Part shown: positions 9,623 to 19,064 of the stretch, in pieces
Position numbering within the stretch: position 1 is the first letter of the stretch
Layout: every line of letters begins with the position of its first letter
Assembly: GCA_024398295.1 (NCBI GenBank)
Contig: JAKSJL010000001.1
Span: forward strand, 1,589-65,588
Reading direction: 5' to 3'
From: Bacteroidales bacterium
Lineage (GTDB): Bacteria > Bacteroidota > Bacteroidia > Bacteroidales > UBA932
Length of the DNA: 64,000 bases
Notes under the pieces: model-generated
Seen by the model: the letters and a program-made list of their open reading frames with translations, nothing else
The model's database searches: none
Told to the model about the DNA's origin: nothing
Program-made: the position numbers and the translations under genes

Positions 9623-10774
9623 ATGAAAAAAGCAATCCAGTTTGGCGCGGGTAACATTGGCCGCGGTTTTATCGGAGCTGTCCTCGCAGAGGCCGGCTAC
9701 GAAGTGGTTTTTGCTGATGTAGTCGAGGAACTCCTCACAAACATCAACAGTAGAAAAGAGTATACCGTACACGTGACTGACGCAGTCAGCCGTGATATCG
9801 ATATCAAGGGTATCAGAGCTGTGAACTCAAACAGCCCAGAGGCAGTACAGGAGGTGGTGGACGCAGAGGTCATCACTACTGCGGTAGGTCTTCGCATCCT
9901 CAAGTTTGTGGCTCCAGCCATCGCGAAGGGCCTTGTAGCCAGAAAGGCGGCAGGAAATGAGGCTCCTCTCAATGTGATCGCCTGTGAGAATGGTCTTCGC
10001 GCCACCTCGCAGCTCAAGGAGCTCGTGTTCGCTCAGCTCGATGCTGAGACCGCTGCATGGGCGGAAAGCCATGTCGGCTTCCCTGATGCAGCCGTAGACC
10101 GCATCGTACCTCCAGTACGCTGTGAGATTCCTCTTGACGTGGCAGTGGAGGAGTATTTTGAGTGGGATGTAGAGAAGTCATCCTTCGTAGGTGAGATCCC
10201 TCAGATCCCTGGCATGACCCCAGTGGACAACCTCCTCGCCTATGTGGAGAGAAAGCTGTTCACCCTTAACACAGGACATGCGACAGCTGCATATCTTGGT
10301 AAGCTCAGAGGCATCTCTACCATCGGTGAGAGCATCGCTGACCCAGTGGTTGCACCTATCGTTAAGGCAGCTATGCAGCAGAGTGGAGAGGGCCTCGTGA
10401 AGAAGTTCGGCTTTGACCATGACGCTCACTTCGCATACATTGAGAAGATCCTCAAGCGCTTCTCGAACCCATTCCTTCGTGATGAGTGTAACAGAGTGGG
10501 ACGTGAGCCACTCCGCAAGCTCGCTCCAAATGACCGTCTCATCCTCCCTATGATGACAGCGAAGAGCTTCGGCCTTCCTTATGACAAGCTTCTTCTTGCC
10601 ATAGGTGGTGCACTCCACTTCGAGAATCCAGAGGATCCTCAGAGCGTGGAGATGCTTGCAAGCATCGCATCTGATGGACTTGAGGCTACCATTGTCAAGT
10701 ATACAGGTATCGAAGCCGGCGATCCACTTGTAGCAGAGATCGTTGAGGCTTATAAGGCAGTAGAAACACTTTAA
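9623..10774 (+). CDS. mtlD: Mannitol-1-phosphate 5-dehydrogenase
   Basis: QFGAGNIGRGFIG, ITTAVG, IACEN, VDRIVP, ERKLFTLNTGHA, RVGREPLRKL..DRL. Confidence 0.95.
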   Translation: MKKAIQFGAGNIGRGFIGAVLAEAGYEVVFADVVEELLTNINSRKEYTVHVTDAVSRDIDIKGIRAVNSNSPEAVQEVVDAEVITTAVGLRILKFVAPAIAKGLVARKAAGNEAPLNVIACENGLRATSQLKELVFAQLDAETAAWAESHVGFPDAAVDRIVPPVRCEIPLDVAVEEYFEWDVEKSSFVGEIPQIPGMTPVDNLLAYVERKLFTLNTGHATAAYLGKLRGISTIGESIADPVVAPIVKAAMQQSGEGLVKKFGFDHDAHFAYIEKILKRFSNPFLRDECNRVGREPLRKLAPNDRLILPMMTAKSFGLPYDKLLLAIGGALHFENPEDPQSVEMLASIASDGLEATIVKYTGIEAGDPLVAEIVEAYKAVETL

Positions 10775-10785
10775 CACTTAATACA

Positions 10786-11577
10786 ATGAAAGTTATTATC
10801 AGAGACACAAAGGCAGAGGCTTCCATCTGGGCAGCTCACCACATCGCAGATGCCATCAAGGCTAAGGCTGCGGTTACCGATGAACCATTCGTTCTCGGAC
10901 TCGCTACCGGTTCAACCCCTATCGAGACTTATGATGAGCTCGTAAGAATGTGCAAGGCTGGCGAGATTTCATTCAAGAACGTCATCACCTTCAACATGGA
11001 CGAGTATGTAGGTCTTCCTGTTGAGCATCCAGAGAGCTACCATTCATTCATGGACAAGTATCTCTTCAATCACATTGACATTGACAGAAAGAATGTTCAT
11101 CTTCTTGATGGAAATGCTCCTGATCTTAAGGAGGAGTGTGAGAAGTATGAGGAAATGATCTTTGACGCAGGTGGCATCGACCTCTTCCTCGGTGGTGTAG
11201 GTGAGGATGGACATCTCGCATTCAACGAGCCATTCTCTTCACTTTCTTCTCGTACCCGCGTGATGACTCTTACATACGACACCCGCGTCGTAAACTCAAG
11301 ATTCTTCGACAACGACGTGAACAAGGTGCCTGCCCAGGCTATGTCAGTAGGTGTTGCTACCGTTACTGATGCCAAGGAGGTTCTCATCGAGGGCTTCGGC
11401 TCAAAGAAGGCAAAGGCTATCCAGGCTGCTATCGAGGGTCCTGTAAGCCACTATGTTACCCTTTCTGCACTCCAGATGCATCCAAATGGCGTAGTCGTTA
11501 TCGATGAGGCTGCAGCTGGTGAGCTCAAGCTTAACTCATACAAGTACTTCAAGGCTGTCGAGGAGGCAGAGAAGTAA
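10786..11577 (+). CDS. nagB: Glucosamine-6-phosphate deaminase
   Basis: LGLATGSTP, TFNMDEYVGL..HPESY, GEDGHLAFNEP, NSRFF. Confidence 0.95.
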   Translation: MKVIIRDTKAEASIWAAHHIADAIKAKAAVTDEPFVLGLATGSTPIETYDELVRMCKAGEISFKNVITFNMDEYVGLPVEHPESYHSFMDKYLFNHIDIDRKNVHLLDGNAPDLKEECEKYEEMIFDAGGIDLFLGGVGEDGHLAFNEPFSSLSSRTRVMTLTYDTRVVNSRFFDNDVNKVPAQAMSVGVATVTDAKEVLIEGFGSKKAKAIQAAIEGPVSHYVTLSALQMHPNGVVVIDEAAAGELKLNSYKYFKAVEEAEK

Positions 11578-11579
11578 TC

Positions 11580-13223
11580 ATGAAAGGTCCGAGGAAGACA
11601 ATGCTGATCCTTGTGGTGCTCTTCGCTGTACTGATGAGCATCCCATGGCTTGTGCCGCATCTTGGCTTCCTCGCTCTATTTGGTTTAGTGCCACTGCTCT
11701 GTCTGGAACATATCGCGTTCCAGACAGGCCAGAGGCATTTTTGGTGGTGGCACTATGGCGCCTTTGTGCTCTGGAATGCTATCACTACCTTCTGGGTCTG
11801 CAATGCCACCGTGGGTGGCGGCATCTTCGCTGTCCTGGCGAACTCATTGCAGATGTCAGTCATCTTCGCGCTCTTCCACTACAGCCGCAAAAAGCTCAGG
11901 GGAGCGCTTCCATACATCTTCCTTGCGGCGATGTGGATCGCCTGGGAGAGATGGTATTTTGTGAGTGCGCAGATCTCATGGCCTTGGCTTGTGCTGGGCA
12001 ATGCTTTCGCGCGTACCACGCACCTTGTCCAGTGGTATGAATTCACAGGCACGCTAGGCGGCTCCCTGTGGGTTTGGGTCACAAATCTCGGAATCTTCGG
12101 CATCATGTCATCCCTTGCCAGCGGAAGCTGGGCGGGACTGAACATGAAGGCCCGTTCAGCCGCCATCACATCGCTTGCGCTGGCATTCTTCGCTCCGATG
12201 CTGCTTTCTTCTGTCATCTATTCAAGGTATGAAGAAGTATCTGAGGATCAGGTGGATGTGCTTATAGGCCAGCCAAATTTCGACCCTTATCAGAAGTTCA
12301 CATCCCTGTCACAGCAGCAGCAGAACGCCATTCTTCTGGACTTGTATAAGAGTGAACTCAAGGATGATTCTCCTGTACTTCTCCTCGCTCCAGAGACCTT
12401 CACTTCGGGTGTAGTCCTGGACAGATATGAGGAGGCTCCTACCTGGAGGGCTCTGTATGCCTTCCTTCAGGATCATAAATCGGCAAATATACTCTTCGGA
12501 GCGTCTACATACGGTTATTTCCTCACGGATGAAGCACCTTCGCTGTATGCGAGGAAGATCCGTGATGGCTTCTGGGTCGAGTCTCATAACTCAGCCATGA
12601 TGATGGATGCGACTTCCCGTACCGAGATTTTCCACAAGTCCAAGCTTGTGGTCGGTACAGAGCTTACCCCATATCCTCGTTTCTTTAACAAGATAGACGA
12701 TATGCTTGGAGGAGTGATGGCGCGCTGCTCCGGTCAGGAGGAGATATCAGTGCTTCATTTTCAGCAGAGAGATAACGCTGGGGCTCTCAAGAGAAATATC
12801 CCTGTGGGAAGCATAGTATGCTACGAATCCATCTACCCCGAGTACTGTACAGGCTATATCCGTAAGGGGGCGAAGTTCCTCACAGTTATTACCAATGATG
12901 CCTGGTGGGGAAATACAGCGGGGTATAAGCAGCATTTCAGCTACTCTAGACTGAGGGCGATAGAGACCCGTCGTGATATCGCAAGATGTGGAAACACAGG
13001 TATTTCCGCTTTCATTGATCAGAGGGGTGATGTGGTCACCCGTGGCCCTTGGTGGGAGGCATGTGTGCTTCGTGGCAAGGTTAACCTAAATTCCAAGGAG
13101 ACCTTCTTCGTAAGGAATGGAGACATCGTTGGTCGCGTCTGCACCTTCGTGTTCCTCCTCCTTCTTCTCTATCTGATCACGGTGCTCATCCCTAGAGACA
13201 CAAAAAAGGTGAAAAGCCTATAG
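11580..13223 (+). CDS. lnt: Apolipoprotein N-acyltransferase
   Basis: N-terminal TM helices, WPW..LG, QPNF; nitrilase triad PET / KSKLV / CYES; TNDAWWG..QH..RAIE. Confidence 0.92.
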   Translation: MKGPRKTMLILVVLFAVLMSIPWLVPHLGFLALFGLVPLLCLEHIAFQTGQRHFWWWHYGAFVLWNAITTFWVCNATVGGGIFAVLANSLQMSVIFALFHYSRKKLRGALPYIFLAAMWIAWERWYFVSAQISWPWLVLGNAFARTTHLVQWYEFTGTLGGSLWVWVTNLGIFGIMSSLASGSWAGLNMKARSAAITSLALAFFAPMLLSSVIYSRYEEVSEDQVDVLIGQPNFDPYQKFTSLSQQQQNAILLDLYKSELKDDSPVLLLAPETFTSGVVLDRYEEAPTWRALYAFLQDHKSANILFGASTYGYFLTDEAPSLYARKIRDGFWVESHNSAMMMDATSRTEIFHKSKLVVGTELTPYPRFFNKIDDMLGGVMARCSGQEEISVLHFQQRDNAGALKRNIPVGSIVCYESIYPEYCTGYIRKGAKFLTVITNDAWWGNTAGYKQHFSYSRLRAIETRRDIARCGNTGISAFIDQRGDVVTRGPWWEACVLRGKVNLNSKETFFVRNGDIVGRVCTFVFLLLLLYLITVLIPRDTKKVKSL

Positions 13224-14777
13224 CTTTCCACCCTTCTCGTCATAGAATTCATTTTGCAGAACCGTGAAGTTAGGGTCTTCTACGACCTTTACCTTGCACT
13301 TGTACTTTCTTCTCCACTTGGCCGTGAATGAATTCAGGCCTCGTGTAACGTAGGCTCCCAGGATAGGACCAACCTTGAGGGTGACACATTTCAGAGGCTT
13401 CTCTGCCAATATGTCGCTGAGCTTTCTCTCGATCTCCTCGTCAATCAGTGAACTTGCCGCGATCTTTCCGGTGCCGTGGCACATCGGACATACTTCCGTA
13501 GTGTTGATCTCGGTGACAGGGCGGATGCGCTGTCTGGTGATCTGCATCAGTCCAAACTTCGTGAGAGGGAGAACATTGTGTTTCGCCCTGTCACTCTCCA
13601 TCAGCTCCTGCATGTATTTGTACAGACCATTGCGATGCTCCTGGGTATCCATATCGATGAAATCCACGATCACAATGCCACCCATATCACGCAGACGCAG
13701 CTGACGCGCAATCTCTTCCGCTGCCAAGCGGTTCACCTCGTAGGTGTTTTCTTCCTGGTTCGTGGTCTTGGAGCGTGTGCCGCTGTTCACGTCGATGACG
13801 TTGAGCGCCTCTGTGGTCTCGATGACCAGATATGCTCCCTGCTTCATAGGTACCACCTTTCCGAATGAGCCTTTGATCTGGCGGTTCACTTCGAAATGCT
13901 CGAAGATAGGTTCCTTGCCTTCATAAAGCTTCACGATCTTCTCCTTCTCTGGTGAGATGATGGAGATATACTTCTTTGCTTCCTCGTAGACCTTCTCGTC
14001 ATTTACAAAGATGTTTGAGAATGAGTCGTTGAACAGGTCCCTGAGGATGGTGGTGGTCTTTGAGTACTCTGTGAACAGTATGTCTACTGTCTTCTTGGTA
14101 CTAACTTTCTTCCACGAACTTTCCCACTTTTCAATGAGCGATCGGAGCTCTCCTACAAGTATAGCTGTGTTCTTTCCTTCAGCTGCTGTGCGGATGATCG
14201 CTCCGTAATTTTTCGGGAGGATGCTCTTCACGAGCATCTCGAGCCTTTTCTTTTCCTCTTTAGATTCAATCTTCTGAGAAATGCTCACCTTCTCAGCGAA
14301 GGGGAGCAGTACAATGTTTCGTCCTGCTAATGAAATTTCCGCGGTAAGTCTGGATCCTTTCGTAGAGATGGGCTCCTTGACGATCTGGACCATGATAGGC
14401 TGTCCTACAGCCAGATGCTCTTCTATGCGTCCTTCCTTAGGAAGGATGCCTCCGAGCTTTATGCTGCTGTAGAGCTCTCCAGCATTTACATTTGAGTTTG
14501 TCTTCTTCACAAACTCGTCAAATGCGTTGAAGTAGAGACCCAGGTCCAGGTAATGGATGAAGGCTTCCTTGCTGTCGCCGATGTCCACGAATGCGGCGTT
14601 CAGGGCAGGAAGCAGTTTCTTCACCTTTCCCAGGAATACATCTCCGACGGAATAGGTGTGTCCTTGATTAGACTCCCGACTGTACTCGATAAGCCTGTGA
14701 TTCTCCATCAAGGCTATCTGGACTTCGCTGGGGGTGACGTCCACCACGAGGTCCTTCTCGGCTTTTTCAGTCTCCAT
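13218..14777 (-). CDS. rng: Rne/Rng family ribonuclease
   Basis: S1 domain (AAFVDIG), KEPISTKG, IDVNSG, LRLRDMGGIVIVDFIDM, CPMCHGTG. Confidence 0.92.
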   Translation of the reverse strand: METEKAEKDLVVDVTPSEVQIALMENHRLIEYSRESNQGHTYSVGDVFLGKVKKLLPALNAAFVDIGDSKEAFIHYLDLGLYFNAFDEFVKKTNSNVNAGELYSSIKLGGILPKEGRIEEHLAVGQPIMVQIVKEPISTKGSRLTAEISLAGRNIVLLPFAEKVSISQKIESKEEKKRLEMLVKSILPKNYGAIIRTAAEGKNTAILVGELRSLIEKWESSWKKVSTKKTVDILFTEYSKTTTILRDLFNDSFSNIFVNDEKVYEEAKKYISIISPEKEKIVKLYEGKEPIFEHFEVNRQIKGSFGKVVPMKQGAYLVIETTEALNVIDVNSGTRSKTTNQEENTYEVNRLAAEEIARQLRLRDMGGIVIVDFIDMDTQEHRNGLYKYMQELMESDRAKHNVLPLTKFGLMQITRQRIRPVTEINTTEVCPMCHGTGKIAASSLIDEEIERKLSDILAEKPLKCVTLKVGPILGAYVTRGLNSFTAKWRRKYKCKVKVVEDPNFTVLQNEFYDEKGGKL

Positions 14778-14811
14778 CTGGAAATTTTATTTTAAAGAAC
14801 GATTATTACTG

Positions 14812-14847
14812 AAAAAAGGGACCGACCATATCTGGCCAGACCCTTTT
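14812..14847 (-). terminator. Intrinsic terminator downstream of HU-bS22
   Basis: Minus strand GGGTCTGGCCA-GATA-TGGTCGGTCCC followed by TTTTTT. Confidence 0.6.
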
Positions 14848-14881
14848 CTTTTAGCTGTGCTAAAATGGCAGACCAAGAGAA

Positions 14882-14971
14882 TTACTTCTTCTTGTGTCTA
14901 TTCTTACGCAAGCGCTTCTTACGCTTGTGGGTAGCCATCTTATGCCTCTTGTGCTTCTTTCCGTTTGGCAT
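14882..14971 (-). CDS. 30S ribosomal protein bS22 (AURKAIP1/COX24-like 29-aa basic protein)
   Basis: Not in ORF track: MPNGKKHKRHKMATHKRKKRLRKNRHKKK, between HU and rng. Confidence 0.88.
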   Translation of the reverse strand: MPNGKKHKRHKMATHKRKKRLRKNRHKKK

Positions 14972-14993
14972 ATGCTTATGATTTTAAAATATA

Positions 14994-15281
14994 TTAGTCA
15001 ATCTTGATCTTCTTTACCTCAGCTGCGAACTCCTTAGCAGGCTTGAATGCTGGAATCTTGTGAGCCTCAATGGTAATAGTGGTCTTCTGGGTGATATTAC
15101 GTGCGGCCTTCTGAGCTCTCTTCTTTGTGATGAAGCTACCGAATCCACGGAGGTAAACTGGCTTATCATCTGCGAGCGCGTTCTTTACGCACTTCATGAA
15201 CTCCTCGATAACTGCCTGAACCTCTGCCTTGTCGAGGCCCTTTTCCTTGGCGATTTCGTTTACAATTTCTGCCTTAGTCAT
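14994..15281 (-). CDS. hup: HU family DNA-binding protein
   Basis: Start ATG 15281 (MTKAEIV); VYLRGFGSF, ARNI, IPAFKPAK; TATCTTTG at 15331-15324. Confidence 0.92.
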   Translation of the reverse strand: MTKAEIVNEIAKEKGLDKAEVQAVIEEFMKCVKNALADDKPVYLRGFGSFITKKRAQKAARNITQKTTITIEAHKIPAFKPAKEFAAEVKKIKID

Positions 15282-15420
15282 AATTATTATCTCTTTTATT
15301 ACGTATTTTCGAAATATGGAGTGCAAAGATAGTTTTATTTTCTGGATAAACAAAAAACTTTTTGAGATTTTGCCCATTCATACAATGCTGTTTTTCAAAT
15401 GATTGTATATACAGCGATAG

Positions 15421-15494
15421 TGGCATAAAGATTGACAATATACTATATGGGCTAATGCTTGCCTGACGTCTGCCAATTTGGCAGATTTGGTCAG
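15421..15494 (+). promoter_or_regulatory. Candidate -24/-12-like element and inverted repeat upstream of lon
   Basis: TGGCA-TAAAGA-TTGA at 15421-15435; TCTGCCA-ATT-TGGCAGA at 15469-15485; no TAnnTTTG found on this strand. Confidence 0.35.
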
Positions 15495-15528
15495 TGTGTG
15501 GCGTGGCCCAGCTATAATACTTGAATAT

Positions 15529-17934
15529 ATGAATAACAAATACGACGATTTTATGATGCCTGCGGGCGCAGAGGTGAACATCATTCCAGTGATGCAGGGG
15601 GAGGGACCGATAAAGTTCGTGGAGTCTGAACTCCCCGACAAGCTTCCTATCCTGACGCTCAGGAATGCAGTCATCTTCCCAGGCACTATCTACCCTGTGA
15701 CTATCGGCAGAGAGAAGTCTGTCCGTCTCATCAAGGACGCCGAGAAGAATAACCTCTTTTTCGGTGCAGTCCCTCAGATGGATGTCACCGTGGAGGATCC
15801 TAAGGAAGCAGATCTGAGCAAGTACGGAACCGTGGTCAAGATAGCGAAGACTCTTGAGATGCCTGATGGTACCATCACGGCTATCCTTCAGGGTTTCAAG
15901 CGTTTCTCTCTGGACGCAGTGATAACCTACGATCCATATGTGGTCGCACGTGTACACTATCTGGACGACTATCTGGATGACAAGGACAGCGCAAATACGA
16001 AGATGGTCATGGATACCCTCAAGGAGAAGGCCATCGCTGTGATCAGGTCGTCCTCATTCGGCTCCAAGGAGACTGTGAACGCCATCAAGGGCGTGGATGA
16101 TTTCCAGTTCCTCGTGAACTTCATATCTACCACCATTGACGTGGAGAACTTCACTGATAAGGCTGCCCTTCTGGAGTATGACGATGTGACTGTGAGAGCG
16201 CTCAAGCTCCTCACCGTGCTTGACGTGCAGCTTCAGTTCATGCATATCAAGCAGGAGATAAACCAGAAGGTCAAGAGCGAGATCGACCAGCAGCAGAGAG
16301 AGTACTTCCTCAACAACCAGCTCCGCACCATCCAGGAGGAGCTCGGCATGGACGAGTCAGGTGAGATGGAGAAGTTCCGCCAGAGAGCGGCACAGAAGAA
16401 CTGGCCTAAGGAGGTTCAGGCTGCATTCGAGAAGGAGATGGCTAAGCTCGAGAAGTATAACCCTAGCACTCCTGACTACAGCATCCAGTTCAATTATATC
16501 CAGTTCATGCTGGACCTTCCATGGGGTGAGTTCTCAGAGGATAATCTCGATCTGAAGCATGCCCAGGAGGTGCTGGATTCAGACCACTACGGCCTCGATA
16601 CAGTAAAGGACCGTATCATCGAGTACCTTGCAGTCCTCAAGCTGAAGGGAAACATGAAGTCTCCTATCCTCTGCCTCTATGGCCCTCCAGGAGTGGGTAA
16701 GACGAGCCTTGGCAAGTCCATCGCGAAGTCTCTCGGTAGAGAGTATGTACGTATCGCCCTCGGTGGAATGCATGATGAGGCTGAGATACGTGGACACAGA
16801 AAGACCTACATAGGAGCGCTTCCAGGACGTATTCTGAACGGTATCGCGCGTGCTGGCAAGTCAAATCCAGTGATTGTCCTCGATGAGATCGACAAGCTCG
16901 CCTCAGACTTCAAGGGCGATCCGTCTTCGGCTCTTCTCGAGGCACTCGACCCAGAGCAGAACGGCAAGTTCCATGACAACTATCTGGACATCGACTATGA
17001 CCTGTCAAATGTCCTCTTCCTTACCACGGCAAACAATATCTCGACCATCCAGCCTGCGCTGCTTGACCGTATGGAGCTCATAAATGTCACCGGCTACCTC
17101 GCAGAGGAGAAGGCAGAGATCGCGAAGCGCTATCTCGTGCCTAAGCAGCTCGAGGAGCATGGCATCGGCAAGAAGCAGCTGAAGATCGACAAGGGCGCCA
17201 TCGCCGAGATCATTGACAGTTATACACATGAGTCAGGTGTACGTGGACTTGAGAAGCAGATCGCGAAGATCGCCCGCGTGACCGCGAAGAAGATCGCTCT
17301 CGAGCAGGAGTATCCTACTACCATAAAGAAGTGTCACCTCAAGGAGTACCTTGGCCTTCCTACTGCATCTCACGATGCGCAGAAGGGAAATGAGGCTCCT
17401 GGAGTGGTCACAGGACTTGCTTGGACGTCGATGGGAGGAGAGATCCTCTTCGTGGAGAGCCAGGCCAGCGTGGGCAAGGGAGCGCTTACCATGACAGGAA
17501 ACCTGGGTGACGTCATGAAGGAGTCTGCGACTATCGCATATCAGTACATCAAGGCTCATCCTGAGCTCGCGAAGATGACTCCAGAAGAGTTCGCGGCCCG
17601 TGACATCCATGTGCATGTGCCAGAAGGCGCAGTGCCAAAGGATGGCCCTTCAGCGGGTATCACCATGGTAAGTTCGATGGTGTCTGCCCTTCGCGGAGAG
17701 TGCGTGAAGAAGGGTATCGCGATGACCGGCGAGATGACGCTCAGGGGAAGGGTTCTTCCAGTGGGTGGCATCAAGGAAAAGATCCTCGCGGCGAAGCGCG
17801 CAGGTGTGACTACCATCGTGATTTGCGAGGAGAACAGAAAAGATATCGAGGATATCAAGGAAATCTACATAAAAGGTCTTAACTTTGTCTATGTAAAGAA
17901 CATCGCAGATGTGGTGAACTACATATTCGAGTAA
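15529..17934 (+). CDS. lon: Lon ATP-dependent protease
   Basis: LON N-domain, [23 protein letters not shown] catalytic Ser; start set at ATG 15529. Confidence 0.96.
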   Translation: MNNKYDDFMMPAGAEVNIIPVMQGEGPIKFVESELPDKLPILTLRNAVIFPGTIYPVTIGREKSVRLIKDAEKNNLFFGAVPQMDVTVEDPKEADLSKYGTVVKIAKTLEMPDGTITAILQGFKRFSLDAVITYDPYVVARVHYLDDYLDDKDSANTKMVMDTLKEKAIAVIRSSSFGSKETVNAIKGVDDFQFLVNFISTTIDVENFTDKAALLEYDDVTVRALKLLTVLDVQLQFMHIKQEINQKVKSEIDQQQREYFLNNQLRTIQEELGMDESGEMEKFRQRAAQKNWPKEVQAAFEKEMAKLEKYNPSTPDYSIQFNYIQFMLDLPWGEFSEDNLDLKHAQEVLDSDHYGLDTVKDRIIEYLAVLKLKGNMKSPILCLYGPPGVGKTSLGKSIAKSLGREYVRIALGGMHDEAEIRGHRKTYIGALPGRILNGIARAGKSNPVIVLDEIDKLASDFKGDPSSALLEALDPEQNGKFHDNYLDIDYDLSNVLFLTTANNISTIQPALLDRMELINVTGYLAEEKAEIAKRYLVPKQLEEHGIGKKQLKIDKGAIAEIIDSYTHESGVRGLEKQIAKIARVTAKKIALEQEYPTTIKKCHLKEYLGLPTASHDAQKGNEAPGVVTGLAWTSMGGEILFVESQASVGKGALTMTGNLGDVMKESATIAYQYIKAHPELAKMTPEEFAARDIHVHVPEGAVPKDGPSAGITMVSSMVSALRGECVKKGIAMTGEMTLRGRVLPVGGIKEKILAAKRAGVTTIVICEENRKDIEDIKEIYIKGLNFVYVKNIADVVNYIFE

Positions 17935-18602
17935 TGGACGTCAAGATAGAGAATAGCTGGAAGCAAGCCCTGCAGAGTGAGTTTGATAAACCCTACTTTG
18001 CGGAGCTTGTCCGTTTCTTGCACGAGGAGAAGCGTGCGGGGAAGGTGATCTTCCCTCCTGGCCCTGAGATCTTCAAGGCCTTTGACCTCACCCCTCTGGA
18101 CCAGGTGAAGGTGGTCATCCTTGGCCAGGATCCATATCATGGATATGGCCAGGCCATGGGCCTGTCCTTCTCTGTGCCGGATGACATCCCGGCCCCTCCA
18201 TCCCTTAAGAACATCTTCAAGGAGATAGAGAGCGATATGGGAGTGAAGATGAGCGGCAAGCCGAACCTTGAGGCTTGGGCGCGTCAGGGCGTGCTCCTTC
18301 TTAACGCGGTGCTTACAGTGCGCGCTAGCGAGCCTACCTCGCACAGCCGCATAGGCTGGCAGGAGTTCACCGACGCGGTGATACGCATCATCAGCGAGCG
18401 CTGCGAGGGCGTGGTGTTCCTGCTTTGGGGTAACTACGCACGCCAGAAGCGCGAGCTCATAGACGCTACGCGTCATCATGTGCTCGAGGCCGCGCACCCT
18501 TCACCATTGGCCAGAGGCGCATTCTTTGGCTGCAGGCATTTTTCTAAGACAAACGATATTTTGGTAGGGGAGGGTAAGTCCCCTATAGACTGGAAGTTAT
18601 GA
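17934..18602 (+). CDS. ung: Uracil-DNA glycosylase
   Basis: GQDPYH, GVLLLN, HPSPL. Confidence 0.96.
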   Translation: MDVKIENSWKQALQSEFDKPYFAELVRFLHEEKRAGKVIFPPGPEIFKAFDLTPLDQVKVVILGQDPYHGYGQAMGLSFSVPDDIPAPPSLKNIFKEIESDMGVKMSGKPNLEAWARQGVLLLNAVLTVRASEPTSHSRIGWQEFTDAVIRIISERCEGVVFLLWGNYARQKRELIDATRHHVLEAAHPSPLARGAFFGCRHFSKTNDILVGEGKSPIDWKL

Positions 18603-19063
18603 AAACAAAGGCATTGTTTCCTGGATCTTTTGACCCATTTACCGCAGGCCATCTGAACATACTCAGACGTGCCCTTACCATGTTTGATGAGGTCGTTGTC
18701 GCAGTCGGCGTGAACCAGGATAAGAGGGGCTTCTTCGACATGGACGCCCGCATTGACATCATAAAGCAGGCTACGGATGGCCTTCAGGGTGTGACTGTGA
18801 TAAAGTATGATAACCTCACTGTGGACACATGTCACGAACTCGGTATCCATCACATTGTGCGTGGTGTCAGGAACATGATAGATTTCGAGACGGAGCGCAG
18901 CATTGCAGATGCAAACAGAAGGATTGCCCCGGATATCGAGACCATCATCATCCCTACGGCTCAGGAGTTTGCGCATATCTCTTCGTCAGCGGTCCGCGAC
19001 CTTCTGCGCCATCGTGGTGACACCAGCCTCTTCCTTCCGGAAGGCGTAAAACTCCCAGAATAG
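18599..19063 (+). CDS. coaD: Pantetheine-phosphate adenylyltransferase
   Basis: FPGSFDPFTAGH, VRGVR..DFE.E, ISSSAVR. Confidence 0.95.
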   Translation: MKTKALFPGSFDPFTAGHLNILRRALTMFDEVVVAVGVNQDKRGFFDMDARIDIIKQATDGLQGVTVIKYDNLTVDTCHELGIHHIVRGVRNMIDFETERSIADANRRIAPDIETIIIPTAQEFAHISSSAVRDLLRHRGDTSLFLPEGVKLPE

Positions 19064-19064
19064 C

